Sequence record: OP114733 | Strand: one strand, 5' to 3' | Origin: Escherichia phage vB_EcoM-pEB20 | DNA: 64,000 nt | Part shown: positions 52,887 through 62,518 of the stretch, piece by piece | How positions within the stretch are numbered: position 1 is the first letter of the stretch | How the letters are laid out: each line of letters opens with the position of its first letter | Position numbers and translations under genes: made by a program | The notes under the pieces: model-generated | The model's database searches: none | What the model was told of the DNA's origin: nothing | Seen by the model: the letters and a program-made list of their open reading frames with translations, nothing else

Positions 52887-53093
52887 ATGCTTTACGATTA
52901 TACTGGAAAATCTGAAGACGGTGTACTTGAACTTTTACCTGAAAGCGCTGAAGATGATGATATGGTGGTGATGTTTTGTAAAAATGGTCCTGGGGATAAG
53001 GGATGGATTTATCTTCGCCAAGAAAATGACCTAATTGTTTTGGACCCTAAACAAGTTGAAGAACTTTATCAACATTTAAAACATAATCGGTAG
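52887..53093 (+). CDS. hypothetical acidic protein
   Basis: ATG MLYDYTGK. Confidence 0.45.
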   Translation: MLYDYTGKSEDGVLELLPESAEDDDMVVMFCKNGPGDKGWIYLRQENDLIVLDPKQVEELYQHLKHNR

Positions 53094-53122
53094 TTTACAT
53101 GCTAATAGGACTATGATATAGT
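53093..53122 (+). promoter_or_regulatory. early promoter in stem-loop cassette (PeSL-like)
   Basis: GTTTACA; ataggacta/tagtcctat inverted repeat. Confidence 0.45.
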
Positions 53123-53150
53123 AGTCCTATCAAATCAATTGGAGAACAAA

Positions 53151-53261
53151 ATGAAACTTTTGCTTATCGCTTATGTTGTAGTACAATACAATTATCCGAT
53201 GTTTACTTATAACATGGTAAACGGCATAGTGAATCTTATTGAAACGAGTATGGTAAAATGA
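53151..53261 (+). CDS. very small hydrophobic ORF (36 aa)
   Basis: ATG after TTGGAGAA; MKLLLIAYVVVQY...; found manually. Confidence 0.3.
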   Translation: MKLLLIAYVVVQYNYPMFTYNMVNGIVNLIETSMVK

Positions 53262-53373
53262 CCCGTGAACAAGCTAATAAATTGATGGACCTTATTTAAT
53301 TTTTATAGAAATCAGGTTGATGCTCGTCAGAATGATTTGGTGAATTTTGTTGAAACTTTAATTGGTGAATAAT

Positions 53374-53904
53374 ATGAAAACTGTAATTGAAACGACTGAG
53401 TTGTTTGGTGATTTATGTATCGAAAAACGTGGTTATGCGTACGTTCTGACGCAAGAAGATGATGTTGTTACTATTCTTCCTATGGAACTAGACAAGATTT
53501 TGAAACTCAATCCACCCGGCCATGCATCTGTAATTAACATTGATGAAGACCTTCAAGTTCGTTTTTATCACAGTCTTTATAGTGGGGTTAATATCGAAAC
53601 AGAAGATGAATGCCTTTCTATCAATAATTGGAAAACATTCGTCACTAAGGTGAAAGAATTCATAGAATCTGAAACAGCCAAAAAGGCCAAACTTCAATGG
53701 GCTAAATGCCGTAATGCTTTTATTACAAATCAGGACCGCCCTGACTATACAACAGTCCTAGGCGTTAATCCTTCTTATGAAGACGGTGATGTCGTAGTTA
53801 TTCGCCAAATTGATGACCTTCGTCAGCATATCATTACATTAGACAAAGATGAAGCAGTTGCTCTTAAAGCTTATCTCGATTCTATTATCCCGACTTTGAA
53901 ATAA
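53374..53904 (+). CDS. hypothetical protein
   Basis: MKTVIETTEL...; 176 aa. Confidence 0.5.
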   Translation: MKTVIETTELFGDLCIEKRGYAYVLTQEDDVVTILPMELDKILKLNPPGHASVINIDEDLQVRFYHSLYSGVNIETEDECLSINNWKTFVTKVKEFIESETAKKAKLQWAKCRNAFITNQDRPDYTTVLGVNPSYEDGDVVVIRQIDDLRQHIITLDKDEAVALKAYLDSIIPTLK

Positions 53905-53913
53905 GGAATTATT

Positions 53914-54387
53914 ATGATTATCAATGAAAACTCTTGGCATTTTAAAATTTATGCCGCGTTCAATAGTACATGGAATCGCCCGAAAACGTTGTGTGCTTAT
54001 TTTTGGAAAACGTTAATCCCAGTATTGGCTGTTTCAATTATTGGATTTGCGATTTTAGCAGCAGTCACAATCATTGGCCATGAAATTTTAACTAAATTCT
54101 TTGTTTTTAGCAGTCTATGGACATTAGTTCCAGCCTCAATTGGTGTAGGCATTTTATTGGTAGCAGTCATGGCTTTTATTTCTACCGGGTTGGTAATTGG
54201 TCCGTCTTGGTTGTTAGACAAATATAACGACAGAAAATATTATAAAGAAATTGAGCTCATTGCACAAAACCAAGAACGAATTAAAAATGGACTTGAGCCT
54301 ATTGAACGTAAGAAATCATTAATAGGCGAATACCTTAAAGCTCGTAAAGAAAAAGTCTGTCCTACTCTTGAATATAAGGCTAAATGA
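53914..54387 (+). CDS. membrane protein
   Basis: 157 aa with three predicted transmembrane helices. Confidence 0.55.
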   Translation: MIINENSWHFKIYAAFNSTWNRPKTLCAYFWKTLIPVLAVSIIGFAILAAVTIIGHEILTKFFVFSSLWTLVPASIGVGILLVAVMAFISTGLVIGPSWLLDKYNDRKYYKEIELIAQNQERIKNGLEPIERKKSLIGEYLKARKEKVCPTLEYKAK

Positions 54388-55373
54388 TGAAAACAATTAT
54401 GAAAGGCTACTTTGGTAGCCACCTTTATGGAACGTCTACCCCAGAATCTGACGTTGATTTTAAAGAAATTTATGTCCCTCATGCTCGTGATATCTTGACC
54501 GGTAACGTTAAAGAACATATGAGCAAGAACACGAATAACACATCTTCTAAGAACACAAAAGACGACGTGGACCATGAGTTATATAGTCTCAAATATTTCT
54601 TTAAACTAGCTGCGGATGGTGAAACTGTCGCATTAGATATGCTTCACACTCCACCAAGTCTAGTAGTTAAATCTGATTTGCCTGATGTATGGAAGTATAT
54701 TCAAGATAACAGGTCTCGTTTCTATACCACTAACATGAAATCTTATTTAGGGTATGTCCGTAAGCAAGCTTCTAAATATGGTGTCAAGGGTTCTCGACTG
54801 GCTGTTCTTCGTCAAGCCCTTAAACGTTCTAATGAATGGGGACAATACTTTGATAACGGTGCAGTAATTCGTTTATCACATATGAAGAATGTTCTGCCTG
54901 TAGGTGAATTTGCTTCATGGGTTGAAATCGAAAACGAGAAAACAGGTAAGCAAACATTCTATAATCTGTTAGACCGTAAATTCCAAGACACGTTAACCAA
55001 TAAAGAGTTCAATGCCATCCTGGTTAAACTGGAAGAGAACTATGGTGAACGTGCTCGTAAGGCAGAAGCTAACGAAGGTATTGACTGGAAAGCATTGAGT
55101 CATGCATGTCGTGGTGGACTTCAATTATTGGAAATTTACAAAACCGGCGACCTGGTTTACCCACTTCAGGATGCTCCATTTATTCTCGATGTTAAGCTTG
55201 GTAAACATACGTTTAAAACTGTACAAGAATTCCTAGAAGATATCGTTGACCAAGTTGAACATGCGTCAGAACAAGCTGCCAAGAATGGTATGCAACAAAA
55301 AGTAGATATGAGTTTCTGGGATGATTTCCTTGAGCAGGTCTATCTCGAAAATCATAATTCTTACTATAAATAA
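54384..55373 (+). CDS. polymerase-beta superfamily nucleotidyltransferase-like protein
   Basis: N-terminal GSHLYGTSTPESDVDF fits the GS-x9-13-DxD motif; 329 aa. Confidence 0.6.
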   Translation: MMKTIMKGYFGSHLYGTSTPESDVDFKEIYVPHARDILTGNVKEHMSKNTNNTSSKNTKDDVDHELYSLKYFFKLAADGETVALDMLHTPPSLVVKSDLPDVWKYIQDNRSRFYTTNMKSYLGYVRKQASKYGVKGSRLAVLRQALKRSNEWGQYFDNGAVIRLSHMKNVLPVGEFASWVEIENEKTGKQTFYNLLDRKFQDTLTNKEFNAILVKLEENYGERARKAEANEGIDWKALSHACRGGLQLLEIYKTGDLVYPLQDAPFILDVKLGKHTFKTVQEFLEDIVDQVEHASEQAAKNGMQQKVDMSFWDDFLEQVYLENHNSYYK

Positions 55374-55404
55374 ATAGATAAATAACCATTAACTTGAGGT
55401 AAAT

Positions 55405-55686
55405 ATGAAAAAATTAGTAATTGGTTTATTCGCAGTAATGATGGCATTCTCTGTTGGTGCTACCACGGGTTCAGCCAGCGGTAGTGCAGGAACTGGTGGT
55501 AACCAGTCTTCTGGGCCTTCCAACGGTTCGGTAAATGCATCACATTCTCAGGGTATTGAGAATATCAAATCAAGCTATATTAATAGCACGGCCGGACAAG
55601 CAACTGAAGCATGGTCAAAGGGTCGAGTAGTTACACGCTCCGTATTCTGTGATATGCCTAATTATGTTGCTAAGTGCGATAAGTAA
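55405..55686 (+). CDS. small secreted Gly/Ser-rich protein
   Basis: signal peptide MKKLVIGLFAVMMAFSVGA; two C-terminal Cys. Confidence 0.55.
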   Translation: MKKLVIGLFAVMMAFSVGATTGSASGSAGTGGNQSSGPSNGSVNASHSQGIENIKSSYINSTAGQATEAWSKGRVVTRSVFCDMPNYVAKCDK

Positions 55687-55690
55687 ATGT

Positions 55691-55710
55691 GGGGACCTTC
55701 GGGTCCCTTT
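55691..55710 (+). terminator. rho-independent terminator
   Basis: gggacc-ttcg-ggtccc followed by TTT. Confidence 0.55.
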
Positions 55711-55737
55711 AGGGGGTTAAAATATTTTTAAAAAGTG

Positions 55738-55768
55738 GTGTACATGCTTTTAGGATATGTTATTATAG
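55738..55768 (+). promoter_or_regulatory. candidate early promoter
   Basis: GTGTAC -35 variant; -10 TATTATAG; downstream tagacctatc motif. Confidence 0.35.
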
Positions 55769-55804
55769 ACCTATCGAAACGAAATGAGTAAATTGGAGAA
55801 TAAA

Positions 55805-56785
55805 ATGTTCAACGTTCAAATCAAAAAAGGTATCTATCGTAATAACGAAATCTCTGGTTCTTATGTTGCCACAAAGACCTGGTTCCCGGCAAAGCTTAAT
55901 CCTGAATGTTCCCACTTAGGTGATGGTAAAATTTTCGTTATGATTGATGGTTCTGAACGTGGAGTATGGGTCTTCAAATCAGACATCGTAATGGAAGGAG
56001 TTGAGACGTCACCGGTTGCAGTTGTTGAAAGCACTGAAGATATGAAAACTCGTATCAACAAACGCTTTAAAGTAATGAACATGATGACGAATGGTATTAT
56101 CGATGGCAAAATTCGTTCACTCATTATTTCAGGTGCAGCCGGTATCGGTAAGACGTATTCTCTGGATAAAGCACTTAATAGTGCTAATGATAACGGTTTC
56201 ATCAAATACAAAAGCATTAATGGTAAAATCTCTGGTATTGGCCTTTACGAACAACTTTGGCTCAACCGTGATGCAGACAGCGTTCTCTTAATCGACGACG
56301 TTGATGTATTCTCAGATATGGATATCTTGAACCTTCTTAAAGCAGCATTAGATACCGGTGATAAACGCAAAGTTTGTTGGAGCACTGCGTCATCTTATCT
56401 TGATGATAAGGGTATTGATAAAGAATTTGAGTTTGAAGGTACTATCGTTTTCATTACAAACGTTGATATTGATAAAGAGTTAGAACGCGGTTCGAAACTT
56501 GCTCCGCACCTTCAAGCTTTAGTATCTCGTTCAGTGTATCTCGACCTTGGAGTACACTCTAATGAAGAGATTATGGTTCGAGTTGAAGATGTAATATTAT
56601 CTACTGACATGATGCAGAAACGTGGCTTGACTGATGCTGAAACGTACAAAGCATTGTCCTGGATGAAGGCTAACGTATCTCGTCTTCGCAATGTATCATT
56701 ACGTACGGCTCTTTATGTAGCAGATTTTATTTCAACTGATAAAGATGGTTGGGAGGAAATCTCTGAAGTAACTTTACTGAAATAA
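55805..56785 (+). CDS. AAA+/P-loop ATPase
   Basis: Walker A ISGAAGIGKT, Walker B VLLIDDVD, sensor-like FITN; about 326 aa. Confidence 0.65.
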   Translation: MFNVQIKKGIYRNNEISGSYVATKTWFPAKLNPECSHLGDGKIFVMIDGSERGVWVFKSDIVMEGVETSPVAVVESTEDMKTRINKRFKVMNMMTNGIIDGKIRSLIISGAAGIGKTYSLDKALNSANDNGFIKYKSINGKISGIGLYEQLWLNRDADSVLLIDDVDVFSDMDILNLLKAALDTGDKRKVCWSTASSYLDDKGIDKEFEFEGTIVFITNVDIDKELERGSKLAPHLQALVSRSVYLDLGVHSNEEIMVRVEDVILSTDMMQKRGLTDAETYKALSWMKANVSRLRNVSLRTALYVADFISTDKDGWEEISEVTLLK

Positions 56786-56923
56786 GCTTATAGGAAGTTC
56801 TGAGGTAACAAAAGCCATAAAGATGAATAATCATATGGCTTACCTCAAAGAAGGACACCAGGAACCTACTGAGGGCATAGAAATATTTAAAAATAATGAT
56901 GTACAAATCAAAGAGGATATGTT

Positions 56924-57211
56924 ATGGATTTTATGCAAAAAATTAAAGCCGCAGTCGAACTGTATGCTCATCGTATGGTTAGTTCTACAATGCAATATAG
57001 CGAGGAGGTTCGCCAGGACTCTTCCTTGAAAGGAAAAACTAAAGCCTTAATTACCTTAGATCGTTTGCAAAAGAATGCCATAGAGATGCTCCAGTACGAC
57101 AAGGGTGTATATAAGAAAGAACAGGAAGAGAAACTTAAATCTGAAAAATTACAAAAAATCCCGAAGTCTGTTTGGTTCAGTGGAAAAAATACCGAAAAAA
57201 GTTTCTTTTAG
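56924..57211 (+). CDS. hypothetical Lys/Glu-rich protein
   Basis: 95 aa; chosen over overlapping frame 56823-57029 on composition. Confidence 0.4.
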   Translation: MDFMQKIKAAVELYAHRMVSSTMQYSEEVRQDSSLKGKTKALITLDRLQKNAIEMLQYDKGVYKKEQEEKLKSEKLQKIPKSVWFSGKNTEKSFF

Positions 57212-57213
57212 TT

Positions 57214-57245
57214 GTTTACAAGGTCTATGGTTATGTTATTATAGA
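57214..57245 (+). promoter_or_regulatory. T4-type early promoter
   Basis: GTTTACA; -10 TTATTATAG; tagacctatcaa downstream. Confidence 0.4.
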
Positions 57246-57269
57246 CCTATCAACTACTGGAGGTAAAAC

Positions 57270-57797
57270 ATGAACGCTAAAGATATTTTCAACCTGGTAA
57301 ATTATAACGACGGTAAATTTAAATCTGAAGCACAAAGCAAGTTCTTTAATGACGTTGCTTATGGTAACGAGATTACCGTGGACGGAGGTCAGATTTTCAA
57401 ATCTCGCTGGAATTGGATTGTTATCATCGATTCAGTTGGAATTGTGGAAGTCTACAAAAACACTAACAAAAAACGTACATTATTCTGGTCTCGTGAAACT
57501 AACGAGCAGTACAAAAAGGATAAAGCATCTCGTTTATCCAAAGTAACCCAGGAAGATATCGAGTTTATCAAGAAAGATATCGAGATGTACGAAAATTTAA
57601 TCGCTGAAGACCAGGCAGTACTCGATAAGTTTGATGAAATTAAAGCTTCTCGTGAAATCCCTGACTTCATGAAAGAATCAGTAAACGAACGATACGCTCT
57701 CACTTCAGAACGTATTGCAAACTATACAAAACAGAAAGCAGAACGTATTAGTACTCTTCGGAAATTTGAAGAACGTTTAAAGACGGTTCACGCATAA
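57270..57797 (+). CDS. hypothetical protein
   Basis: 175 aa after SD GGAGGT. Confidence 0.5.
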   Translation: MNAKDIFNLVNYNDGKFKSEAQSKFFNDVAYGNEITVDGGQIFKSRWNWIVIIDSVGIVEVYKNTNKKRTLFWSRETNEQYKKDKASRLSKVTQEDIEFIKKDIEMYENLIAEDQAVLDKFDEIKASREIPDFMKESVNERYALTSERIANYTKQKAERISTLRKFEERLKTVHA

Positions 57798-57859
57798 ACG
57801 CTTTACCCAAGGACGGGTTATAATGGTTCTGAGTTCCAATTCAATCTGAGGAAATAGTT

Positions 57860-58855
57860 ATGAGCATTACATCTGATGCGGTAAAACATGAAATTAACGG
57901 TTTATGTGCTTCACAGATTAAAGTGTGGTTTAAAGACCATAATGATCGCAGAGCACTTAATTATGAACAAATTGCTATCCAAGTTCATCAATTACTGGTT
58001 AGTAAATTTGATTTTCATATGCCGTCTGAAATCTATACTAATCTGCCGCGAGCACTTATTAAAGCGTGTAAAGGTTATGGAAAATCAATGGCTGATGGAA
58101 TCTTCAGCGCGCTGAATAAACTTAACGTTCTGTCGATGATTAACTCTAACAACATCCTTCGTAATCTAGGACGTACTGATTTGTTCGGTCGTGAACAGGG
58201 TAAAATGCCTTTGAAATGGATTGTTGCTCATCTTAACGAGAACCAAACACGTTTTATGGCCGTAACAGCACGCTTACAAATGGGCCTAGATCGTCAGATG
58301 AACTTTAAAACTCATCCACGTTATTCAGGTTCAACTGACTTTTATAAATGTGAGCTTCAAAAGGTTGCAGGTAAAACTGTCTTAGTAGTTCGTGTAACGT
58401 TTGAAGGACGACGTCAAGGATATTTTGACATAATCGGCTCCGGGCTTAAACATTGTGGATTTATCGACGAAGTTGATATCAAGCGAGACGGCATTGGATA
58501 CCGTATTGGATATGTTTGTACTCTTAAAGAAGAGATTTCAGGACCAGCACCAGGACTAAAAGACGTTAGATATAAAGACGAGCTCATTGAAGAAATAAAA
58601 GAAGTTGAATATGATATCAACCAAGAAGATGCTCTTAAAGACCTTATTGACGAACTAAACCAAGACTTTATTCCGGTTCAGAAATTTGAATCAAAACATG
58701 CTGAGCAAATCAAATACTTTGAAGCTTTGATTAACGAACTTAATGTAACTATTCAACAGACCGACGATGAAATCTCACGATTAGCAGGCTTAAATGGTAA
58801 AAATAAAACAGAACGAGCTAATCTTATTCAAGTAGTAAAACTTCTTAAGGAATGA
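57860..58855 (+). CDS. hypothetical protein with C-terminal coiled coil
   Basis: 331 aa. Confidence 0.55.
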   Translation: MSITSDAVKHEINGLCASQIKVWFKDHNDRRALNYEQIAIQVHQLLVSKFDFHMPSEIYTNLPRALIKACKGYGKSMADGIFSALNKLNVLSMINSNNILRNLGRTDLFGREQGKMPLKWIVAHLNENQTRFMAVTARLQMGLDRQMNFKTHPRYSGSTDFYKCELQKVAGKTVLVVRVTFEGRRQGYFDIIGSGLKHCGFIDEVDIKRDGIGYRIGYVCTLKEEISGPAPGLKDVRYKDELIEEIKEVEYDINQEDALKDLIDELNQDFIPVQKFESKHAEQIKYFEALINELNVTIQQTDDEISRLAGLNGKNKTERANLIQVVKLLKE

Positions 58856-58864
58856 TGTACAACC

Positions 58865-58894
58865 AAGGAAGGTTGGAGTATAATAAATTTTTCA
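58865..58894 (+). promoter_or_regulatory. T4-type early promoter
   Basis: ATGTACA -35 variant; ccaaggaaggttgg then TATAAT; near-duplicate of 59851. Confidence 0.45.
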
Positions 58895-58910
58895 ACATGA
58901 GGAATATAAA

Positions 58911-59846
58911 ATGGCTTCTATTACACGTAGAGAACTTATCAAAGAATTTACCTCGAACGCATATACCCCAGGACCTAATCCTATCCGTATGCCTGTAAAG
59001 ACTCCTGAAGAGATTGAGGAAATCTGTTCATATTATGGGATTAATTCTCGTAAGTTTACTCAATTTGAATGCGTTACTAACACACCCGTTAAAGAGTTCA
59101 TTAAAAATGGTGAGTTCAGCCGTTTATTAGCCAAACAGAAACTTCGTAATTTTTGTATCGGCGGTTACGGACAATATTTCGCTAAGCAGTTCCGGAATAA
59201 CCTTAACAATCTGATGGCCATTGCTTCTCGTATTCGTCCTCAAGCAATTAACATGAAACATTTGAAATATACTTACGATAAGTTGGAAATCATGGTTATC
59301 AGTGAGAATGAGTTCACTCTCACGTATAAACCTAAGAATGATAACGTTGCTCGTGTATTCCACCAAGCGTTGGAAGTGTTAGGTGATAATATTCACCAGA
59401 TTAAAGCAATTTATTCTCGTGAGCTTAATATTATCAACCCTATCAAGAATAAGGGCCATATCGCTATCCAGGCTCGTGTATCTATTGGTAAAAAGGTTCC
59501 TGCGCCATGGTGGCACAAAGACTCTGAATACTATCAAAATCTTAAAAAGGAAAATGCAACGTTCGAAGCGTCAATTACTGCAACACCAATTGGCCATGCT
59601 GAAGTTCTAGGTGCATATTCTACTGCTCCATCTATACACATTTCACCGTCGACTAAACTGGAAATCTCTAACGGTCTTCTTCCTGCCGAAGATTACCATT
59701 ATAATCAAATCAAGGCCACTGTAGACCAACTATCCGTTGAACTTGACAAAGCACAAGCTAAGCTTCGTGATGCTCAACAAGTAGTTACCAAGCTCCAGTT
59801 GCAGTACTCTAAACTTTTTAACGCAATGAATGCGTTAAAATCATAA
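58911..59846 (+). CDS. hypothetical protein with C-terminal coiled coil
   Basis: 311 aa. Confidence 0.55.
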   Translation: MASITRRELIKEFTSNAYTPGPNPIRMPVKTPEEIEEICSYYGINSRKFTQFECVTNTPVKEFIKNGEFSRLLAKQKLRNFCIGGYGQYFAKQFRNNLNNLMAIASRIRPQAINMKHLKYTYDKLEIMVISENEFTLTYKPKNDNVARVFHQALEVLGDNIHQIKAIYSRELNIINPIKNKGHIAIQARVSIGKKVPAPWWHKDSEYYQNLKKENATFEASITATPIGHAEVLGAYSTAPSIHISPSTKLEISNGLLPAEDYHYNQIKATVDQLSVELDKAQAKLRDAQQVVTKLQLQYSKLFNAMNALKS

Positions 59847-59850
59847 ATCA

Positions 59851-59880
59851 GTTTACAACCAAGGATGGTTGGAGTATAAT
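59851..59880 (+). promoter_or_regulatory. T4-type early promoter
   Basis: GTTTACA then 18 bp (accaaggatggttggag) then TATAAT. Confidence 0.55.
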
Positions 59881-59908
59881 GAATTTATCTTAACGAGAGG
59901 AAAATATT

Positions 59909-60859
59909 ATGACACGTTCACATTACATTGAATACTTTGCAGGTCTTATCGCTAACGTTCATGCCCAACGTGCTTCTGGTGCACTAGGATTTGATGTTCC
60001 ACACCGAGATGTAGTAAGTGGTATTCTTCGCGATTTTGGTACATACACAGGCCAAGAAAATCATATCTGTAAAGATACTCAGAATGCGTATTCTCATTCA
60101 TTAGGGACGCTGCTTCAATGGTTCAAACGTTCTCGTTTATTATCTTCTACTGTAGCTCGCGATAACATTAAAAACTTTATGAAACCGAGCTTTATTAAAT
60201 CTGTGACATCTAAAACTGATTTGGTTGAATTCACTATTGTTAATGATGTTAAAAAGACTCATTTGGCTGATTGGTTATCTACCATTCCTGAAACTAAATT
60301 TGCTGATAAATTTGCTTGTGAATTCAATAAACAAGTGAATATGCTTTTTAAACATTCTCGTAAATTATTCACTGGCGGTGATGGCCGTACAAATAAAGTT
60401 CATGTTAAAGATTGGGTTACTGCAGTATTCAAACCAACTGGTAATGGTAACGCATCATTATCAATTGATATCCAGGTTCCTTATTACTACTCACGTAATC
60501 TCGGTACCATGAAAGCCGAAGAAATTAATAAGCACAACAAAACTATTCGTTCGTTGTCTTATAAACTTATTACATTGTTAGAGACTATGGATGTTGTTGA
60601 AACGTTCGACGAATCCGAAGATAACGGTTCAATGTTATATAGTTCTCGTACCCGAATTAAGTTGAAGAACCCTAACGAGTATAAACTTAAGACTATTAAA
60701 GAACCTAAAGTAGAAAAGGTTGATATCATGGCTGAAGAACGTGAATATCTCAAATCTCGTCTGAAAGAAGTCGAAGCCCAGATTGCAGAACAAACTAAAT
60801 CGTTAAAAGCTCTGAATGCGAAAGCGGATGGTTTACGAAATGCCATTGAGGTGTTATAA
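59909..60859 (+). CDS. hypothetical protein with C-terminal coiled coil
   Basis: 316 aa. Confidence 0.55.
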   Translation: MTRSHYIEYFAGLIANVHAQRASGALGFDVPHRDVVSGILRDFGTYTGQENHICKDTQNAYSHSLGTLLQWFKRSRLLSSTVARDNIKNFMKPSFIKSVTSKTDLVEFTIVNDVKKTHLADWLSTIPETKFADKFACEFNKQVNMLFKHSRKLFTGGDGRTNKVHVKDWVTAVFKPTGNGNASLSIDIQVPYYYSRNLGTMKAEEINKHNKTIRSLSYKLITLLETMDVVETFDESEDNGSMLYSSRTRIKLKNPNEYKLKTIKEPKVEKVDIMAEEREYLKSRLKEVEAQIAEQTKSLKALNAKADGLRNAIEVL

Positions 60860-61164
60860 TGAGCCTACGTCTTTTAGAGGATATTGATATGAGCACTAAT
60901 CATGACTTGGTTAAGTTTATTGACGATAGTTCAAAGATTGAATTTGTTCAGCGAGATAAAATCCACGGTGAAGAAGAGTTCGTTCCTCCGGCATGGAACG
61001 AAATAATGAAAATGGTTGAACGACGTGAAAATGCTGCCAAATCGGCAGCAAAACATCCATGCCCGGAATGTGGAACTATCCAAGTCCAACTGGTTAACTG
61101 GACCACTGATAACTTGAAATTGAAATGCCGTAAATGCTTCCACAAATTTGAGAGAACATTATAA
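60859..61164 (+). CDS. zinc-ribbon protein
   Basis: 101 aa; CPECG ... CRKC four-Cys motif. Confidence 0.5.
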   Translation: MSLRLLEDIDMSTNHDLVKFIDDSSKIEFVQRDKIHGEEEFVPPAWNEIMKMVERRENAAKSAAKHPCPECGTIQVQLVNWTTDNLKLKCRKCFHKFERTL

Positions 61165-61577
61165 TGAGATATAGCCTTCGTTGTTTTATCGCAGCTTTAG
61201 TTTTTGCTATTATTCCATTCATTTGGAACAGCCAGAATACTTACATGGAAACTAAAGTAATTCCTGTGGAGGTAGTGGAATTAATCTCAGGCCAATCTAC
61301 AGGAAAATATTCTAAATTAGAATTTATTGCAGTCTATAAAGATGAGCAAGGACGAGTTTTTGACAGGCGTGTATCACCGTCGTTTTATACGCTTCTGAAT
61401 AAAGGTGATACGATAGCTATAGAAATTCGTGAGATGGATATCAAACAAACTACTAAAGATAACTTGATTTGGTTCTTTGGTACGGTGTTGTTGGTTTCTA
61501 TCTGTATCACAGGTTTTATTACATGTATTGTATTTGGCATTGCATATTTAATCGATGAAAGGAAAAATAATGTTTAA
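61164..61577 (+). CDS. membrane protein
   Basis: 137 aa; N- and C-terminal transmembrane helices. Confidence 0.5.
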   Translation: MRYSLRCFIAALVFAIIPFIWNSQNTYMETKVIPVEVVELISGQSTGKYSKLEFIAVYKDEQGRVFDRRVSPSFYTLLNKGDTIAIEIREMDIKQTTKDNLIWFFGTVLLVSICITGFITCIVFGIAYLIDERKNNV

Positions 61578-61833
61578 AGTGTACGGGTATGACTCTACTA
61601 TTCATAAATGCATTTATTGTGATAATGCGAAACGATTGCTGACTGTTAAGAAACAGCCGTTCGAATTCATTAACGTGATGCCAGAAAAAGGTGTTTTTGA
61701 TGATGAGAAAATTGCTGAGCTTCTGGTTAAGCTTGGACGTGAATCACAAGTCGGATTGACTATGCCTCAAGTGTTTGCTCCTGACGGAAGTCACATTGGT
61801 GGATTTGATCAACTGCGAGAATATTTTAAATGA
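61570..61833 (+). CDS. nrdC: thioredoxin/glutaredoxin NrdC
   Basis: MFKVYGYDSTIHKCIYCDNAKRLL matches T4 NrdC; redox site CIYC. Confidence 0.92.
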   Translation: MFKVYGYDSTIHKCIYCDNAKRLLTVKKQPFEFINVMPEKGVFDDEKIAELLVKLGRESQVGLTMPQVFAPDGSHIGGFDQLREYFK

Positions 61834-62045
61834 TGCTTGAAGGAACTGATTATATCCATGACTACCGCGGAAGCGCGGTATATGTAGGTGATGAAGTTGC
61901 AGTTTATTATGGGTATGGAACTTTGATGACAGCCAAGGTTATTCAAATTAAAAATAATCGTGCTAAACTCGAAGTTTATTATTCTAATGGCGAAAAGTCT
62001 ATTTCTAAATGGAAATACGGCGATTGCATGGTCAAACTGGGGTAA
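61830..62045 (+). CDS. hypothetical protein
   Basis: 71 aa, ATGA-coupled to nrdC. Confidence 0.5.
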   Translation: MMLEGTDYIHDYRGSAVYVGDEVAVYYGYGTLMTAKVIQIKNNRAKLEVYYSNGEKSISKWKYGDCMVKLG

Positions 62046-62047
62046 AT

Positions 62048-62218
62048 ATGATTTACGATATTAGTGCAGCAAGAGCTCCATCAATGGTTACTATTCCTGT
62101 TGAAGAATTAGATCGTCTTCAGAAAATTGAAGAGCTTCTTTGGGAAATTGAATCTGATTTGCCATCTGGGCTAGAATCCTGGATTGATTATGAAGAACTT
62201 AATAAGCTCCGCGGTTAA
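62048..62218 (+). CDS. hypothetical protein
   Basis: ATG MIYDISAAR. Confidence 0.4.
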   Translation: MIYDISAARAPSMVTIPVEELDRLQKIEELLWEIESDLPSGLESWIDYEELNKLRG

Positions 62219-62267
62219 ACCATGGTATTCGGCTCGATGGGAGACGGTCGAGCCAGACGTCGAAACA

Positions 62268-62297
62268 GTTTACAACGACGAAGAAACGTGTTATGAT
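62268..62297 (+). promoter_or_regulatory. candidate early promoter
   Basis: GTTTACA; -10 gtgTTATGAT; preceded by hairpin ggctcga ... tcgagcc at 62230-62253. Confidence 0.35.
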
Positions 62298-62346
62298 GAA
62301 CCTTCAATAAATGAATTAATTGATATGGAAATGGGAAGAGATTATT

Positions 62347-62517
62347 ATGCAAGTTAAATTATTGTACCGTTTATTAAAAAATGGCAAGCATGATTGGTAT
62401 TTGCTTATTAAAACCGATCCGAATTTTTTCTCTGGACAACCATTTACAGTTCGTCCTACTAAACGTCAGCTTCGCAAAGCTAAACGTTCTCATCGTAACT
62501 TTTATAGAGAATATTGA
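62347..62517 (+). CDS. small basic protein
   Basis: MQVKLLYRLLKNGKHDWYLL...; 56 aa. Confidence 0.4.
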   Translation: MQVKLLYRLLKNGKHDWYLLIKTDPNFFSGQPFTVRPTKRQLRKAKRSHRNFYREY

Positions 62518-62518
62518 T

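Noticed and set aside
56823-57029. Alternative 68-aa ORF overlapping the start of 56924-57211
   Set aside because: Cys/Trp-rich, low-complexity composition and overlap with a better protein-like frame; weakly rejected, and could be the real gene if 56924 is not.
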